Below the pieces are notes generated by a model. It made no database searches and was not told the DNA's origin. It was given only the letters and a program-made list of their open reading frames with translations. From IMG/VR virus record IMGVR_UViG_650377940_000003, positions 23,323 through 87,322 of that record: a stretch of 64,000 nt of DNA; one strand, 5' to 3'. The position numbers were made by a program, and so were the translations under genes. Shown here in pieces: positions 28,283 through 38,171 of this stretch. Position 1 is the stretch's first letter; every line of letters begins with the position of its first letter. Source of the stretch: a virus. Its lineage: Duplodnaviria; Heunggongvirae; Uroviricota; Caudoviricetes.

Positions 28283-29409
28283 ACGGCATCACCATCCGTA
28301 TCTTTTGCGCTTGCGTCAATACCGGTATCTTCCAACAGCTCCTTAAGCCGCTGATTCTCGATAAGAGACAGCCTGTATTTTTCCTTAGCGTCATCACTTT
28401 CTTTCTGGAACTTATCAATTAGTTCTCTTTGTGTATCGAAAATTTCCTGCATGTCATTTTCGTCAAAGAAAGCATTTTCCTTGATTGCCTTAACACTCAT
28501 ATCTGCCGCCCATTGAGTGCCTGGAGACCGTAACTGGTCGTAGAAATTTGCTTCTGCGCCAGCAATATCCTTTTCACGCATATCCTTCATCAAGAATGTA
28601 AGAGTATTACGTCCGGCATCCTTATTGGAACGATTCTTGACAGAGATCTCATTTTCCTTAGCAATCTTATCGTTATTAGAAACTAGCTTGACCTTAATGT
28701 CATTCAGACTCTTGATTGCTTCAGCCGAGTTCATCGGGTTTAAGCGAGCAATCTGCAAGTCGATTTGTCGAATTTGATTATTATTGTTCACGACTTGAAC
28801 AATCTGGGATAACTTGAACGGGTCATCCTCAATACCATCCTCAAAATACTTGATGAGTTCACTAAACAAATAGCGACGGTCACCCTCGTTATAACCATCA
28901 AATGGGTCGTACCCAACAACAGAAATACAATCATCCTTTGCTTGAATCTCTGCCTTCGACCACTTCTGTTCCTTCTCTTCCTGTAAATCGAGAGCGTTTT
29001 TATTGAGTTCACCATTCACAAGAGTGTTGGTAAACGTCTGGAACTGGAAGTTCTTCATGTTCACCACGAGACGGTTATAAGTTCCTGGCCTACATGTTCC
29101 AGAATTGCTCACAACGGAATCGTAAAGACTATTATAAAAAGGAACGTCCAGAACATGACACATTAGCATACAAGCAGTTCTATCGCTTCCAAAGCGTCTT
29201 GAAAAATCATCAAACATTTCATTAACGCATTCTTTACAGATGGGAGCGTATCCGTCATTTGCCTTGAACAATGGAGAATATGTTATTCGGTAAAAATGCC
29301 CCATAGCGACATCATATTCTTTACCACAACGCAGGCATTTGAATGTCTTTTTGTTTTCGGTTCCTTCAAGAATAACGCCATCTTCAACAACCTTTTTCTT
29401 TCTAGGCAA
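28279..29409 (-). CDS. Zn-finger protein upstream of terminase (possible small terminase)
   Basis: TTG start after GGAGG; CLRC...CKEC; stop overlaps the terminase start (ATGA). Confidence 0.65.
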   Translation of the reverse strand: MPRKKKVVEDGVILEGTENKKTFKCLRCGKEYDVAMGHFYRITYSPLFKANDGYAPICKECVNEMFDDFSRRFGSDRTACMLMCHVLDVPFYNSLYDSVVSNSGTCRPGTYNRLVVNMKNFQFQTFTNTLVNGELNKNALDLQEEKEQKWSKAEIQAKDDCISVVGYDPFDGYNEGDRRYLFSELIKYFEDGIEDDPFKLSQIVQVVNNNNQIRQIDLQIARLNPMNSAEAIKSLNDIKVKLVSNNDKIAKENEISVKNRSNKDAGRNTLTFLMKDMREKDIAGAEANFYDQLRSPGTQWAADMSVKAIKENAFFDENDMQEIFDTQRELIDKFQKESDDAKEKYRLSLIENQRLKELLEDTGIDASAKDTDGDAV

Positions 29410-29775
29410 ACAAACACCTCCAATCAAAATCAAAAATAAAGCCGTAGAACGTGCGCACATCCTACGGCAGCAAATACACCCTCTAATGTGCTTGTAAAAC
29501 AGAGGCCGAGAGTGTTTCCTTCTATAAAAGACCTATCATGATACGCATCGTTGAGAGGCTTAATAGGTTCTGTTCTTAAAAAGCGTCCCTCACATGGTAC
29601 GCACTGTAAATAGGCGAGTGAGAGACTAATCATCTATATAAGCTTGCTATGTTCACGACATTTATGTCGGTAACATACCTTGCCCTGCCAGCGAACCGGC
29701 ATAATAATCAAAATAAACCTACCGCCAGAGGGAGTAGAAAACTGACGGCAGGCTTGCAAAAGGGGAGATGCTGGG

Positions 29776-29847
29776 TGCAGGTGTGGGAGTCAAACCCACC
29801 CAAACACAGCTTATGAGGCTGGTTAGTACATCGGCACTATCACCTGC
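29776..29847 (-). tRNA. tRNA-Met/Ile2 (CAT), atypical
   Basis: Acceptor GCAGGTG/CACCTGC; loop CTCATAA; T-loop TTTGACT; no encoded CCA. Confidence 0.65.
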
Positions 29848-29914
29848 GTTATAAAACCTACCTTTTAGCCGGTGGTAGGGAACCGGTATAATATAGGCCC
29901 TCCGGGAGAAGGAC

Positions 29915-30006
29915 TGGCGCGGTCTCAGAGATTCGAACTCTGGCATCGGATTTACCGACCTAACGGTTTTCAAGACCGTTCTCTTCAACCACTTGAGTAA
30001 GACCGC
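29915..30006 (-). tRNA. tRNA-Ser (TGA)
   Basis: Full cloverleaf with long variable arm, TTCGAAT T-loop and CCA end. Confidence 0.95.
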
Positions 30007-30209
30007 ACAACAAAAACAAGCATCCATCAAGCATCCGAGCTAGTTGAATTGTTCTCGTGTCGATAAAACGCTTGTTTTAGACTTTTAAAGCTTCGCATTA
30101 ACGTAGCGAAACACGAATAGCTTATCATTTCGTTCCACAGAACTACTTTGCATCCAACCATCCGTAGATTGAGTTGGTCTAGGCGGTAGCAGCTATTGAC
30201 CGCACAACT

Positions 30210-30285
30210 TGGAGCCACTTGTAGGAATCAAACCTACGACATATGTGGTACGAACACATTATTCTATCTACTGAATTAAAGTGGC
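30210..30285 (-). tRNA. tRNA-Thr (CGT)
   Basis: 76 nt; acceptor GCCACTT/AAGTGGC; loop TTCGTAC; CCA end. Confidence 0.85.
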
Positions 30286-30286
30286 A

Positions 30287-30362
30287 TGGAGCCAATGACA
30301 GGACTTAAACCTGCGATATCGGGAGTACAAAACCCGCGTTCTATCAACTGAACTACACTGGC
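30287..30362 (-). tRNA. tRNA-Thr (TGT)
   Basis: 76 nt; acceptor GCCAGTG/CATTGGC; loop TTTGTAC; CCA end. Confidence 0.85.
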
Positions 30363-30486
30363 ACATAAAACCCGTAGACACTAACCTACGGGCATAGAAA
30401 AGGAGACAACAAATGATGTCCCAAAGCAGACCTTGCGGTCGTACTTCTTTTTTAATTACCCACTTATTGGTAGGGTGTCACCGCTT

Positions 30487-31485
30487 TTAATTCAAACGCA
30501 CGATACGTGTTTTATCTTCATTCAACCTTCCGAATTTATCCTGATAAACCAGAATAAACCCTTCTCGCTGAGATGGGGTTAATTTTCCATCTGCATAATC
30601 CATTTTTGACGTTTCACAACAACAGCCCTGCTCATAAATTACAGAATTACCGATATCATAGTGCCCTGTTTTATGAGTGTGTGCCATTACGATATTGTCA
30701 AAGAAATAATCATTATCCTTGAAATACCGATATGCCTTTTCTGCCGTTTTCAACATACCGCTGGAGTAAGCAAGTGGATGCACAAAAATTGTTTCACCAA
30801 CAAAACTAAACCAAGTATCGTTATAAACAATCTCAATACCACTGTCCTTGAAAACATCAATCAAAGGGTCGTAATGAACCTTAGTATGAAGCTCCTTGTT
30901 GTAATGGTTAAAACCATCAACAAAAATAAGCTCCAACGATGTCTTTGGCATCAGTTCAAGCAAGTCGGTGTCCAGATTCTTAGCAAGATAATTCTGAAAA
31001 CGCAAGTCATGATTGCCATAATTGATAACAACCTTCTTGGGCTGAAGCATTTCAATCAGGTCAATCATATACTGACGAGCAATCAGGATTTCCTCCATTG
31101 GACTTTTACGATATACTTTTAAGAAGCGAGAAATGGAGCTGCAGTCTACTAGATCCCCGTTTATCTGAAGGATATCAATCTTTCCAGCATACTCACTAAA
31201 AGTCTCGATGGGCTTCTGGAATGGAATATGTAGGTCGGAAATAGACAGAATGCAGGTTCCTACATCTCTATTAGATAAGGACTCCTGATATTGCATACCC
31301 GCACGGAATGCCTTAAAACGCTTGCGATATGCGCACTCACCAAAATTCTTACCCAACTCATCATTGAGCACCTTGGATGCGCCATCCCAAGTTAACTCTC
31401 TAGCCAGAACGGCATTCCCGATTCTTACAAAGAAGTCATCGCTCGTTTCTTCTGGCCGTTTATTATAGCAACCCATTGGCATCAA
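30487..31485 (-). CDS. Calcineurin-like metallophosphoesterase
   Basis: ISDLH, NGDLVD, YGNHD and AHTH motifs. Confidence 0.9.
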   Translation of the reverse strand: MMPMGCYNKRPEETSDDFFVRIGNAVLARELTWDGASKVLNDELGKNFGECAYRKRFKAFRAGMQYQESLSNRDVGTCILSISDLHIPFQKPIETFSEYAGKIDILQINGDLVDCSSISRFLKVYRKSPMEEILIARQYMIDLIEMLQPKKVVINYGNHDLRFQNYLAKNLDTDLLELMPKTSLELIFVDGFNHYNKELHTKVHYDPLIDVFKDSGIEIVYNDTWFSFVGETIFVHPLAYSSGMLKTAEKAYRYFKDNDYFFDNIVMAHTHKTGHYDIGNSVIYEQGCCCETSKMDYADGKLTPSQREGFILVYQDKFGRLNEDKTRIVRLN

Positions 31486-31670
31486 GCCGGGTCGCCCAGC
31501 AGCTCATCAGAAGTGGAAATATTGATGGTGACACCCTCAATGCCATCCCACTTTGCCAGAGCCTCCTTCAAATTGAAGACATTTTCACCGTCCTTTGTAA
31601 TCTCGGTGATAGTACCCTCGGCAGTATCAATAATAGCGTTCTTAAAAACAACACTCTTCTTAGCAACCAT
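31482..31670 (-). CDS. YonK-like small protein
   Basis: 62 aa; resembles the SPbeta YonK family as I recall it; next to the phosphoesterase as in SPbeta. Confidence 0.55.
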   Translation of the reverse strand: MVAKKSVVFKNAIIDTAEGTITEITKDGENVFNLKEALAKWDGIEGVTINISTSDELLGDPA

Positions 31671-31702
31671 AATTTTATTCTCCCTTATATTTTATTTCTG
31701 TA

Positions 31703-32674
31703 TTAGAAATCTAACATTGCTGCCCATTTACTAATCCAGCTATTATGCAAACTTTCAAACTGCTCAATTGCTTCATCAACAGTTTTTATATGACGTAAAT
31801 CAATTTCGATATACCGACCATGCTTATCAGCGTATTTTTCTTTGATATTATCTCGCTCAAATTGCTTCTCAAAGTCGTTATCATTCCTCTGAAAATATGG
31901 AATTCTCTTATAGTGCTGTTGCCCCATAACTTCACAAAAAATATTTTCCGATGGAATGTAAATATCATACGGCATATAGCGGTCGGTTTCGGGATTCTTA
32001 ACTACTTTATATTCCGTGATGGTATCAGGATACATTTTTTTACAGTATTCTTTTAGACCGATAGCGACTCTACTGTCATTTTGATGAACTGCACATTCTG
32101 GGCATCCCTTGCCAGCTCGAAAATTACTCCAATCAGTCTGTTGCTCACCATGAATAGGACAAAGATATCTAAGTTTCTCAAAAGCTCCGTGATATTCGTC
32201 CTTAGTTGAAAGCAATGTGTACCCACGCTTCTTGAACTCTTCAGAAATCATATCGAAATCCGCATACTGACGTTTAGCAACTTCTTCAGTTGCACACTTA
32301 CGGCATCCAGCTCCGCGAGAGAAATTGTTCCAAAGCATCTCCATTTCGCCATGAATAGGACACAAATAACGAACTCGATAATATGAATCAGACTCTCCTG
32401 TAAGTAACGTGTATCCTCGTTTTTCAAACGCAGTTTTTACATCATCATACTTCAATTTGTTCTTCCTAGTTCTTGCTAAGTCTTTCGCGGCACAAAATCT
32501 ACATCCTTTTCCACTAAGAACACTTTGCGCTGGAGTGAAATACTCTTTCCCACATCTGTTGCAACGCACCAAAATAGAATCTCTCATCTTTGTGTACGTT
32601 CCAAGAACTGTTACTTTTGAGTTTTTCTGTTTTACATCAGCCTGAAATATTTCATTTGTAATAATTTTAGACAT
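31703..32674 (-). CDS. Free-standing homing-endonuclease-like protein
   Basis: Repeated YLCPIHG...GCxxC units and a C-terminal YDIYIPSENIFCEVMGQQH nuclease motif. Confidence 0.75.
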   Translation of the reverse strand: MSKIITNEIFQADVKQKNSKVTVLGTYTKMRDSILVRCNRCGKEYFTPAQSVLSGKGCRFCAAKDLARTRKNKLKYDDVKTAFEKRGYTLLTGESDSYYRVRYLCPIHGEMEMLWNNFSRGAGCRKCATEEVAKRQYADFDMISEEFKKRGYTLLSTKDEYHGAFEKLRYLCPIHGEQQTDWSNFRAGKGCPECAVHQNDSRVAIGLKEYCKKMYPDTITEYKVVKNPETDRYMPYDIYIPSENIFCEVMGQQHYKRIPYFQRNDNDFEKQFERDNIKEKYADKHGRYIEIDLRHIKTVDEAIEQFESLHNSWISKWAAMLDF

Positions 32675-33393
32675 TAGCTCACGTCCATTTCGTCAGCCCA
32701 CTGGCTAATCCATCCACGGTGGTTCGTAGTCAACTGACATACGGCCACGCGATCATGCTTTGCAAAATGCTGGAGACAACGCATAAAGCCAGAGTCGGAC
32801 GGCTTATCAAGATCACACTGCAAATCGTGACCAATGATAATCAATTTTACCTTCTCTCCATCACTACCGTCACAACGAGAAATAGTCTTCTGTAACTCTT
32901 TTGGAGTATAGTTCTGACTCTCATCCAACAAAATTATTCCACTTAGGTTCGTACCACGAAGGAAAGTATGAGTTAAACAAGAAATATAACCAGTACCATT
33001 CTTCTGGTTTACCATAGACTCGTCATTGATAACCTTGTTAGGGTCAACGTTGCATTTAATCAGAGCCTGATAAAAAGGTTCAAAGAAAACTTCCGATTTT
33101 TCCGTAATAGATCCAGGAAGATAACCCTGACGCTTCTCACCATAACTAGACACGACATAAGTCAGTTTATCAAAATAGCCAGCCTGAACAAGCAGATTTG
33201 CAGTCGCAGTCGCAATAAGCGTCTTGCCAGAACCAGCTGCAGCGTTGCAGATCACAACATCAATGTTTGGATTCCAAATTGCATCACGAAACACACGCTG
33301 TTCAGGGTCCAAAGAAATGCCGTAAAAACCATACTGATCAGGATCAGTAATCTTCTCCATAGGAATCTCAGTGGGAATCTTTCTCTTAGCCAT
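32674..33393 (-). CDS. phoH: PhoH-like ATPase
   Basis: AAGSGKT P-loop, GYLPGS, FLRGTN, LDESQN, GHDLQCD. Confidence 0.92.
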   Translation of the reverse strand: MAKRKIPTEIPMEKITDPDQYGFYGISLDPEQRVFRDAIWNPNIDVVICNAAAGSGKTLIATATANLLVQAGYFDKLTYVVSSYGEKRQGYLPGSITEKSEVFFEPFYQALIKCNVDPNKVINDESMVNQKNGTGYISCLTHTFLRGTNLSGIILLDESQNYTPKELQKTISRCDGSDGEKVKLIIIGHDLQCDLDKPSDSGFMRCLQHFAKHDRVAVCQLTTNHRGWISQWADEMDVS

Positions 33394-33411
33394 ATCTGTA
33401 TTTACTCTCCC

Positions 33412-34035
33412 TTAATTGAACTCATCCACATCATCGCAAATCTTATCTACGATACCAAAGTTGACCTGTTCATTAGCATCTAGATACCAATCCTTAGCCT
33501 TATTCTTGGTCATGGTCTTCTTGTCGATAGTAGAGTGAGCCATAATATACTCGCGCATCTTCACAACCTGCTTCTCGTAGTAGTCCATAGCCATCTTAGA
33601 TTGCTCGAAAGTACCCTGCGCACCGCCAGATCCACTGTGAATCAGCGCGGTAGAGTGAGGCAGAGCAAAACGTTTCTGACCGAACAGAAGCATCACAAGA
33701 GCAGCACTCATCGCAATACCTGCATTGATCGTCCAAACAGGAGTCTTACTCAGCGCAACAACATCAATAAAGCTAAACATTGCGTCCAACTCGCCACCAT
33801 AGCTGTAAATAAACAGCTTAATAGGCTTACGCTGCTCAACAGGAGTGTCCTTATCAATACGGTTGTACTGCAGAATCTTGCGCTCAATTTCAATCAGAGA
33901 CTGGTCAATCTCAAAGTCAATAAAGAAGATGCGATCCTTCTCATCAACGTAAAAGTTCATCATCTCAGGAGAGGGAAGACCGCCACCATTCATCAGGTTG
34001 GTGATATCTTCTGGCAGTTGAATTTCAAAGTCCAA
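33412..34035 (-). CDS. clpP: ClpP-like protease subunit
   Basis: IYSYGG, AMSAA (Ser), LIH (His), KDWY (Asp). Confidence 0.88.
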   Translation of the reverse strand: MDFEIQLPEDITNLMNGGGLPSPEMMNFYVDEKDRIFFIDFEIDQSLIEIERKILQYNRIDKDTPVEQRKPIKLFIYSYGGELDAMFSFIDVVALSKTPVWTINAGIAMSAALVMLLFGQKRFALPHSTALIHSGSGGAQGTFEQSKMAMDYYEKQVVKMREYIMAHSTIDKKTMTKNKAKDWYLDANEQVNFGIVDKICDDVDEFN

Positions 34036-34061
34036 TAGTCTATACCTCGTTCTTTCAAAGA

Positions 34062-34241
34062 TTAGTAACGTGCGTTACACTGCATCTGCTTCAGCATCTC
34101 GACAGCTGCAATATTAAAAGGAAGCAACTCAAGATATCGAGCAGACTCTTCCAGATACCGCTTGTGACGGGTCTTTGCAATGCAAGCATGAGGGAAGACC
34201 TTTCGTACAGCCTTCGCTTCGGACTTAGTGATTTCAATCAT
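34062..34241 (-). CDS. Small hypothetical protein
   Basis: Likely start ATG at 34241 (MIEITKSEAKAV). Confidence 0.5.
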   Translation of the reverse strand: MIEITKSEAKAVRKVFPHACIAKTRHKRYLEESARYLELLPFNIAAVEMLKQMQCNARY

Positions 34242-34388
34242 TAGGTAAAACACCCTTTCAAAATAAAATAGGTAGGAAGAAAACAAGCGTCCTCGCTCTC
34301 TCCCTACCATAACTTTCCGCACTATGTTTTGCTCTACATACGCAAAATTATAACGTATCTACGTTGAAATGTCACACTTTTTCGCATT

Positions 34389-35144
34389 TCATAAATCAAA
34401 CATTTTTCTATTTTGTGCGGTTTTCTCAATATTTACGTTTTTAGCGCACTTACGGCAGTATTTTTGTCTGCGTCCGGTGCGAGCAACCATCTTTCCGCAA
34501 CAATCACACTTGATATATTCTTTCCCGCAATACTGGCTCCAGAGAATACCAGCATTCTCAAAATCGTCCACGAAAATCTCATGAGGAGAATCCGGTTCCG
34601 CGATCAAAATATGGATATTCAAGTTGTCAATCTTTTTCAAGCTAGCAAACCCAATAAAGCCAAGATTATGTAACTCACAGATCATCTCGTTCTGTTTTTT
34701 CTCGTTTACAGATACGTTTGCCATCCTGAAAATATCAGCCGTATCTTCCGTGATCCAGTAGTTGCATTTTTCATTAACAGCAATATGGTATTTTGCCAGA
34801 CACAGCATCGTAAACATCAGGCGTTGCATCTGCTTGCCTTCAAGTGCTTGAATCTTCTCTACCTCAGCCTTCGTAATGCACACACCATCAAGTTCCACCA
34901 TAGGACGACCCTTTGCAGAAGCAATTGCTTTATCAATCAGCTCTCTATCTAGAACCTTGTTGTACCCTTCAAAATGACGCAGCATATACTCGTTAAGCTT
35001 TTCTCTTACGTCATCCTTTGAGTATCCCTTATAGAAATAATACTTCGCTACATAATGCAAAACATGCCCCGCTTTCTTCCAAGGCACATCCTTCTCTAGC
35101 CACTCTTCAGCGTAAAGAACTTCATTCAATACAATCATCCGCAT
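34389..35144 (-). CDS. Hypothetical protein coupled to the RNA polymerase gene, C-terminal Zn-finger
   Basis: Overlaps the RNAP stop; CDCC...CRKC. Confidence 0.65.
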   Translation of the reverse strand: MRMIVLNEVLYAEEWLEKDVPWKKAGHVLHYVAKYYFYKGYSKDDVREKLNEYMLRHFEGYNKVLDRELIDKAIASAKGRPMVELDGVCITKAEVEKIQALEGKQMQRLMFTMLCLAKYHIAVNEKCNYWITEDTADIFRMANVSVNEKKQNEMICELHNLGFIGFASLKKIDNLNIHILIAEPDSPHEIFVDDFENAGILWSQYCGKEYIKCDCCGKMVARTGRRQKYCRKCAKNVNIEKTAQNRKMFDL

Positions 35145-37905
35145 CCTCCTTGCTATTCATGTCAACCAACACATCCTTGAAACGCTTGCCGTCATATTCA
35201 ATATCGCCATTCTCATCCTGCACAAGAGAATGCACCATACCATTATGGCGTTCCAATAAGCGTTTAATCAAAGTATCATGAAACAACTCCCAGACGATTG
35301 CAATACTGGATGCATTCTTTTTACAAAGATCAAGCAGAATGTCGCAAAGCACATCGTCATTAGAACACTTGTCATGAAGATTGCGGAACATACTTTCCTG
35401 ATACAGCGCAATGCGCTCCTTGCGATCTGCGCCGGTTTCTTTATTATTGTTTCCGTTGCCAGAATGGATTGCGTTACCACGAGCAAACCTCAAGTAGTCC
35501 TTAAAGATAGAGCGGATGCCATAATACTGAGAGTTGGTATACTCAACACCAGACTTGAGCGAGTCGTAATCAAACTTGCGCTTTATCTTGAGTTCTTCTT
35601 CAAAATCTTCCAGCTCGTCCTCAACAGTCCAGCATAGGCGGTTCATGGTACAAGAATTGATTCCGACCGGCATCCGATAGAGGTAATACTGGATAACCAT
35701 TTCATCCACATCGTCCTTGACGGTCTTTTGCATAATCTCATCCAGACCGGCAAATCCATCCCACTTAATACGCTTGCGAGCTGCGGCCACATACTGCTTG
35801 TAATCACGCATCTGAGCAGGGTAGATGTAGCTCATAAAGTATGGCTTACGCCATGCGCAAATACTACTCCAGAACTTCTTATCCTCGATAGTATCAGGAT
35901 TATCATCGTCTTTAACGGCGCAAGCTTTATTGTCATACCAGTATTGCGGCATATCTGTCGTAGCTACGCCTTTTATTTTGTCGATCGCGTTTTGTTGATA
36001 AAGCTGTCCGCAGATAATGCGATATGTAAGTTCATCGTACTCTTTACTACCTTGCTCAAATTTACTTCGCACATCAAACATCGTTGTAATTCGGTTTGTT
36101 GTACGTCCAATATTATCTCCAAATCCGCTGATATTAGATTCAATAAAATCCTTTTCGGTCGGAACTTTTTTCTCGCATTTGCGCTGAACACAAAGAACGA
36201 CCGGCTCATTTACCCATTTATCAATGAGAACTCTATTGTCGGTAGAAAATGTAAGGTCGGCATCGAAATCTTCACCGTTAAGTGCTGCACACATATTATC
36301 CCACGCATTGGTGATAAACACGGACTTCATATAGCGATACCAGTATTGGCAATCATCAGATACATTCAAATTCATGCACCGAATATTTGCCATCTGACTC
36401 ATAGGAGCTCTAAAACAAGCAACCCTCTTGACGTCTCTATCATTCCAAAAACGACTGTAAACCTCACCAGCCTTCAATAGTCCGGTTACCTCCATCCGAA
36501 ACATAGACTGGCAAAGCGCATATGGATCGCCACTCGCAACTTGAAAATTCCCTCGTACCTTTACAACACCCGTTTTTGCCTGAGAGATTCGCTTTTTAAT
36601 AAAGTATCGAATCCGATTCTGCACATAAGGGTCGTTAATCATTTCCGGCTCAATCATAAGAGCCTTAATATAGTCGTTTTCCAGACTGTTTATGTAATTC
36701 GGGTCATCACGCATTCCACTACCACGCAAATACAGCAACGCATCACGCCAATCACCGCCCATGACGCCCTTGATTTCGTCCAAAGTCGGCTTTACAAGCT
36801 CACGAATCTCATCATTCGTAAGCTGATAGCTTTGGATAAACTGATAATTCAGATTACGCTCCTCATCAAGCTCCAACTCACAAGTCTTGGTTACAGAGAA
36901 GTGATAGTGGTTCTCTCTACAGTTTTCAAGATAGTCCTCACAACTATGGTAACTATCCCACAGCTTCAACATAGAGGTACTAAGAACTACTTGAATCCTA
37001 TTTATATCACGATAATCTCCCCATGCGTCTTTTAGCATATTCTGTTTCGCAACCTTCTTGGCAAACTCACGGAAAGGGAAAGGGAACAACATACCTTTAC
37101 AAAAAGCATTCCGTACACAGAAGCCAGATGCGGTAGCAGGGAGTTTCAAATCTTCACTCCACTGTTGTGCAAGATCATAACTAATAAGTCCAAACCCATC
37201 ATTCGCACACAGCTCACAATCGTGTTCCTTATCTTCAACTATCGTAGGTTCTCCAGACACTCCATCGTCCAGAACAACAATATGGTCTTTAAAGCGCGTG
37301 TAGCAATCATCTATAACAAGTACACCATCAGGGTCAGTGACCGGAATAGAAGCAGAGCAAGCAAGGGCTCTATAAGCCTCTAACTTTGCAGGCACAAATT
37401 CCATACCCTTGTTACGGCCATTATCAATTCGCTTGCGGATCTCGTCAACAAGACGGTCGCTCACAAATACAATCGTACTATTCTTAACGCCACCAGTTGT
37501 TCCAACCAAACGGCGATACGTGATTCCATTGATTTTAAACCCCTTGGGAGAACACGCCCGGCGGTAGTCGTTCTTCTTGTCAACCACCAGACACATATAA
37601 TCCGGCTTAAACTGAACTGCATCCAGCTCAGTGTATAATCTCCGAATTTCCCGGCGGTTCTCTAAGCAAGAAGGTTCATTCCGTAGCATTTTGATTCTAC
37701 GCTTGATACTCCGTGCCTTAGCCTCTGCGTCCGTAACACCATTCAACTCATCAATCCATCGTAGAACAGTGCTATCAGCCAGCGAGATGATCTCGTGGTT
37801 TCGTCTGGCTTCATCTAATGGTAGGGTTAAATCCCATTTTGCTTCAACCAGACGCTTCGTATGGATCTTAAAAACAAACTTCTGGCAAGTTTGCTGTTTT
37901 GCCAT
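35122..37905 (-). CDS. YonO-like single-subunit (RdRP-family double-psi-barrel) phage RNA polymerase
   Basis: 927 aa; NDGFG, VRNAFCKG, FRAP and LNGEDFDAD motifs typical of the cellular RdRP/YonO family; SPbeta-like context. Confidence 0.85.
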   Translation of the reverse strand: MAKQQTCQKFVFKIHTKRLVEAKWDLTLPLDEARRNHEIISLADSTVLRWIDELNGVTDAEAKARSIKRRIKMLRNEPSCLENRREIRRLYTELDAVQFKPDYMCLVVDKKNDYRRACSPKGFKINGITYRRLVGTTGGVKNSTIVFVSDRLVDEIRKRIDNGRNKGMEFVPAKLEAYRALACSASIPVTDPDGVLVIDDCYTRFKDHIVVLDDGVSGEPTIVEDKEHDCELCANDGFGLISYDLAQQWSEDLKLPATASGFCVRNAFCKGMLFPFPFREFAKKVAKQNMLKDAWGDYRDINRIQVVLSTSMLKLWDSYHSCEDYLENCRENHYHFSVTKTCELELDEERNLNYQFIQSYQLTNDEIRELVKPTLDEIKGVMGGDWRDALLYLRGSGMRDDPNYINSLENDYIKALMIEPEMINDPYVQNRIRYFIKKRISQAKTGVVKVRGNFQVASGDPYALCQSMFRMEVTGLLKAGEVYSRFWNDRDVKRVACFRAPMSQMANIRCMNLNVSDDCQYWYRYMKSVFITNAWDNMCAALNGEDFDADLTFSTDNRVLIDKWVNEPVVLCVQRKCEKKVPTEKDFIESNISGFGDNIGRTTNRITTMFDVRSKFEQGSKEYDELTYRIICGQLYQQNAIDKIKGVATTDMPQYWYDNKACAVKDDDNPDTIEDKKFWSSICAWRKPYFMSYIYPAQMRDYKQYVAAARKRIKWDGFAGLDEIMQKTVKDDVDEMVIQYYLYRMPVGINSCTMNRLCWTVEDELEDFEEELKIKRKFDYDSLKSGVEYTNSQYYGIRSIFKDYLRFARGNAIHSGNGNNNKETGADRKERIALYQESMFRNLHDKCSNDDVLCDILLDLCKKNASSIAIVWELFHDTLIKRLLERHNGMVHSLVQDENGDIEYDGKRFKDVLVDMNSKEDADDCIE

Positions 37906-37982
37906 TCAGCAGTCACCTCCGTATTCTTCTAAAACGTATCCTGTATTGTATAGCTATAAAGAAAAAATATAAAATTAGGCTT

Positions 37983-38159
37983 TTACAGATAGCAGCTCTC
38001 GCCATCTTCCATAGCCTTGAGCCAAAGTCGTTCACGCTCCTGATAGAGCTCATCCAGCATATCGTCAGCAGTTTCGTACTCGCTGCGAGTCAGGCTGTTA
38101 CTGTTCATATCACGCACAAGCTGCTTGATATCTACATCAACATCCTCATAAGTACGCAT
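37983..38159 (-). CDS. Small acidic hypothetical protein (58 aa)
   Basis: Manual translation MRTYEDVDVDIKQLVRDMNSNSLTR...ESCYL*. Confidence 0.6.
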   Translation of the reverse strand: MRTYEDVDVDIKQLVRDMNSNSLTRSEYETADDMLDELYQERERLWLKAMEDGESCYL

Positions 38160-38171
38160 CATTCATCAACC

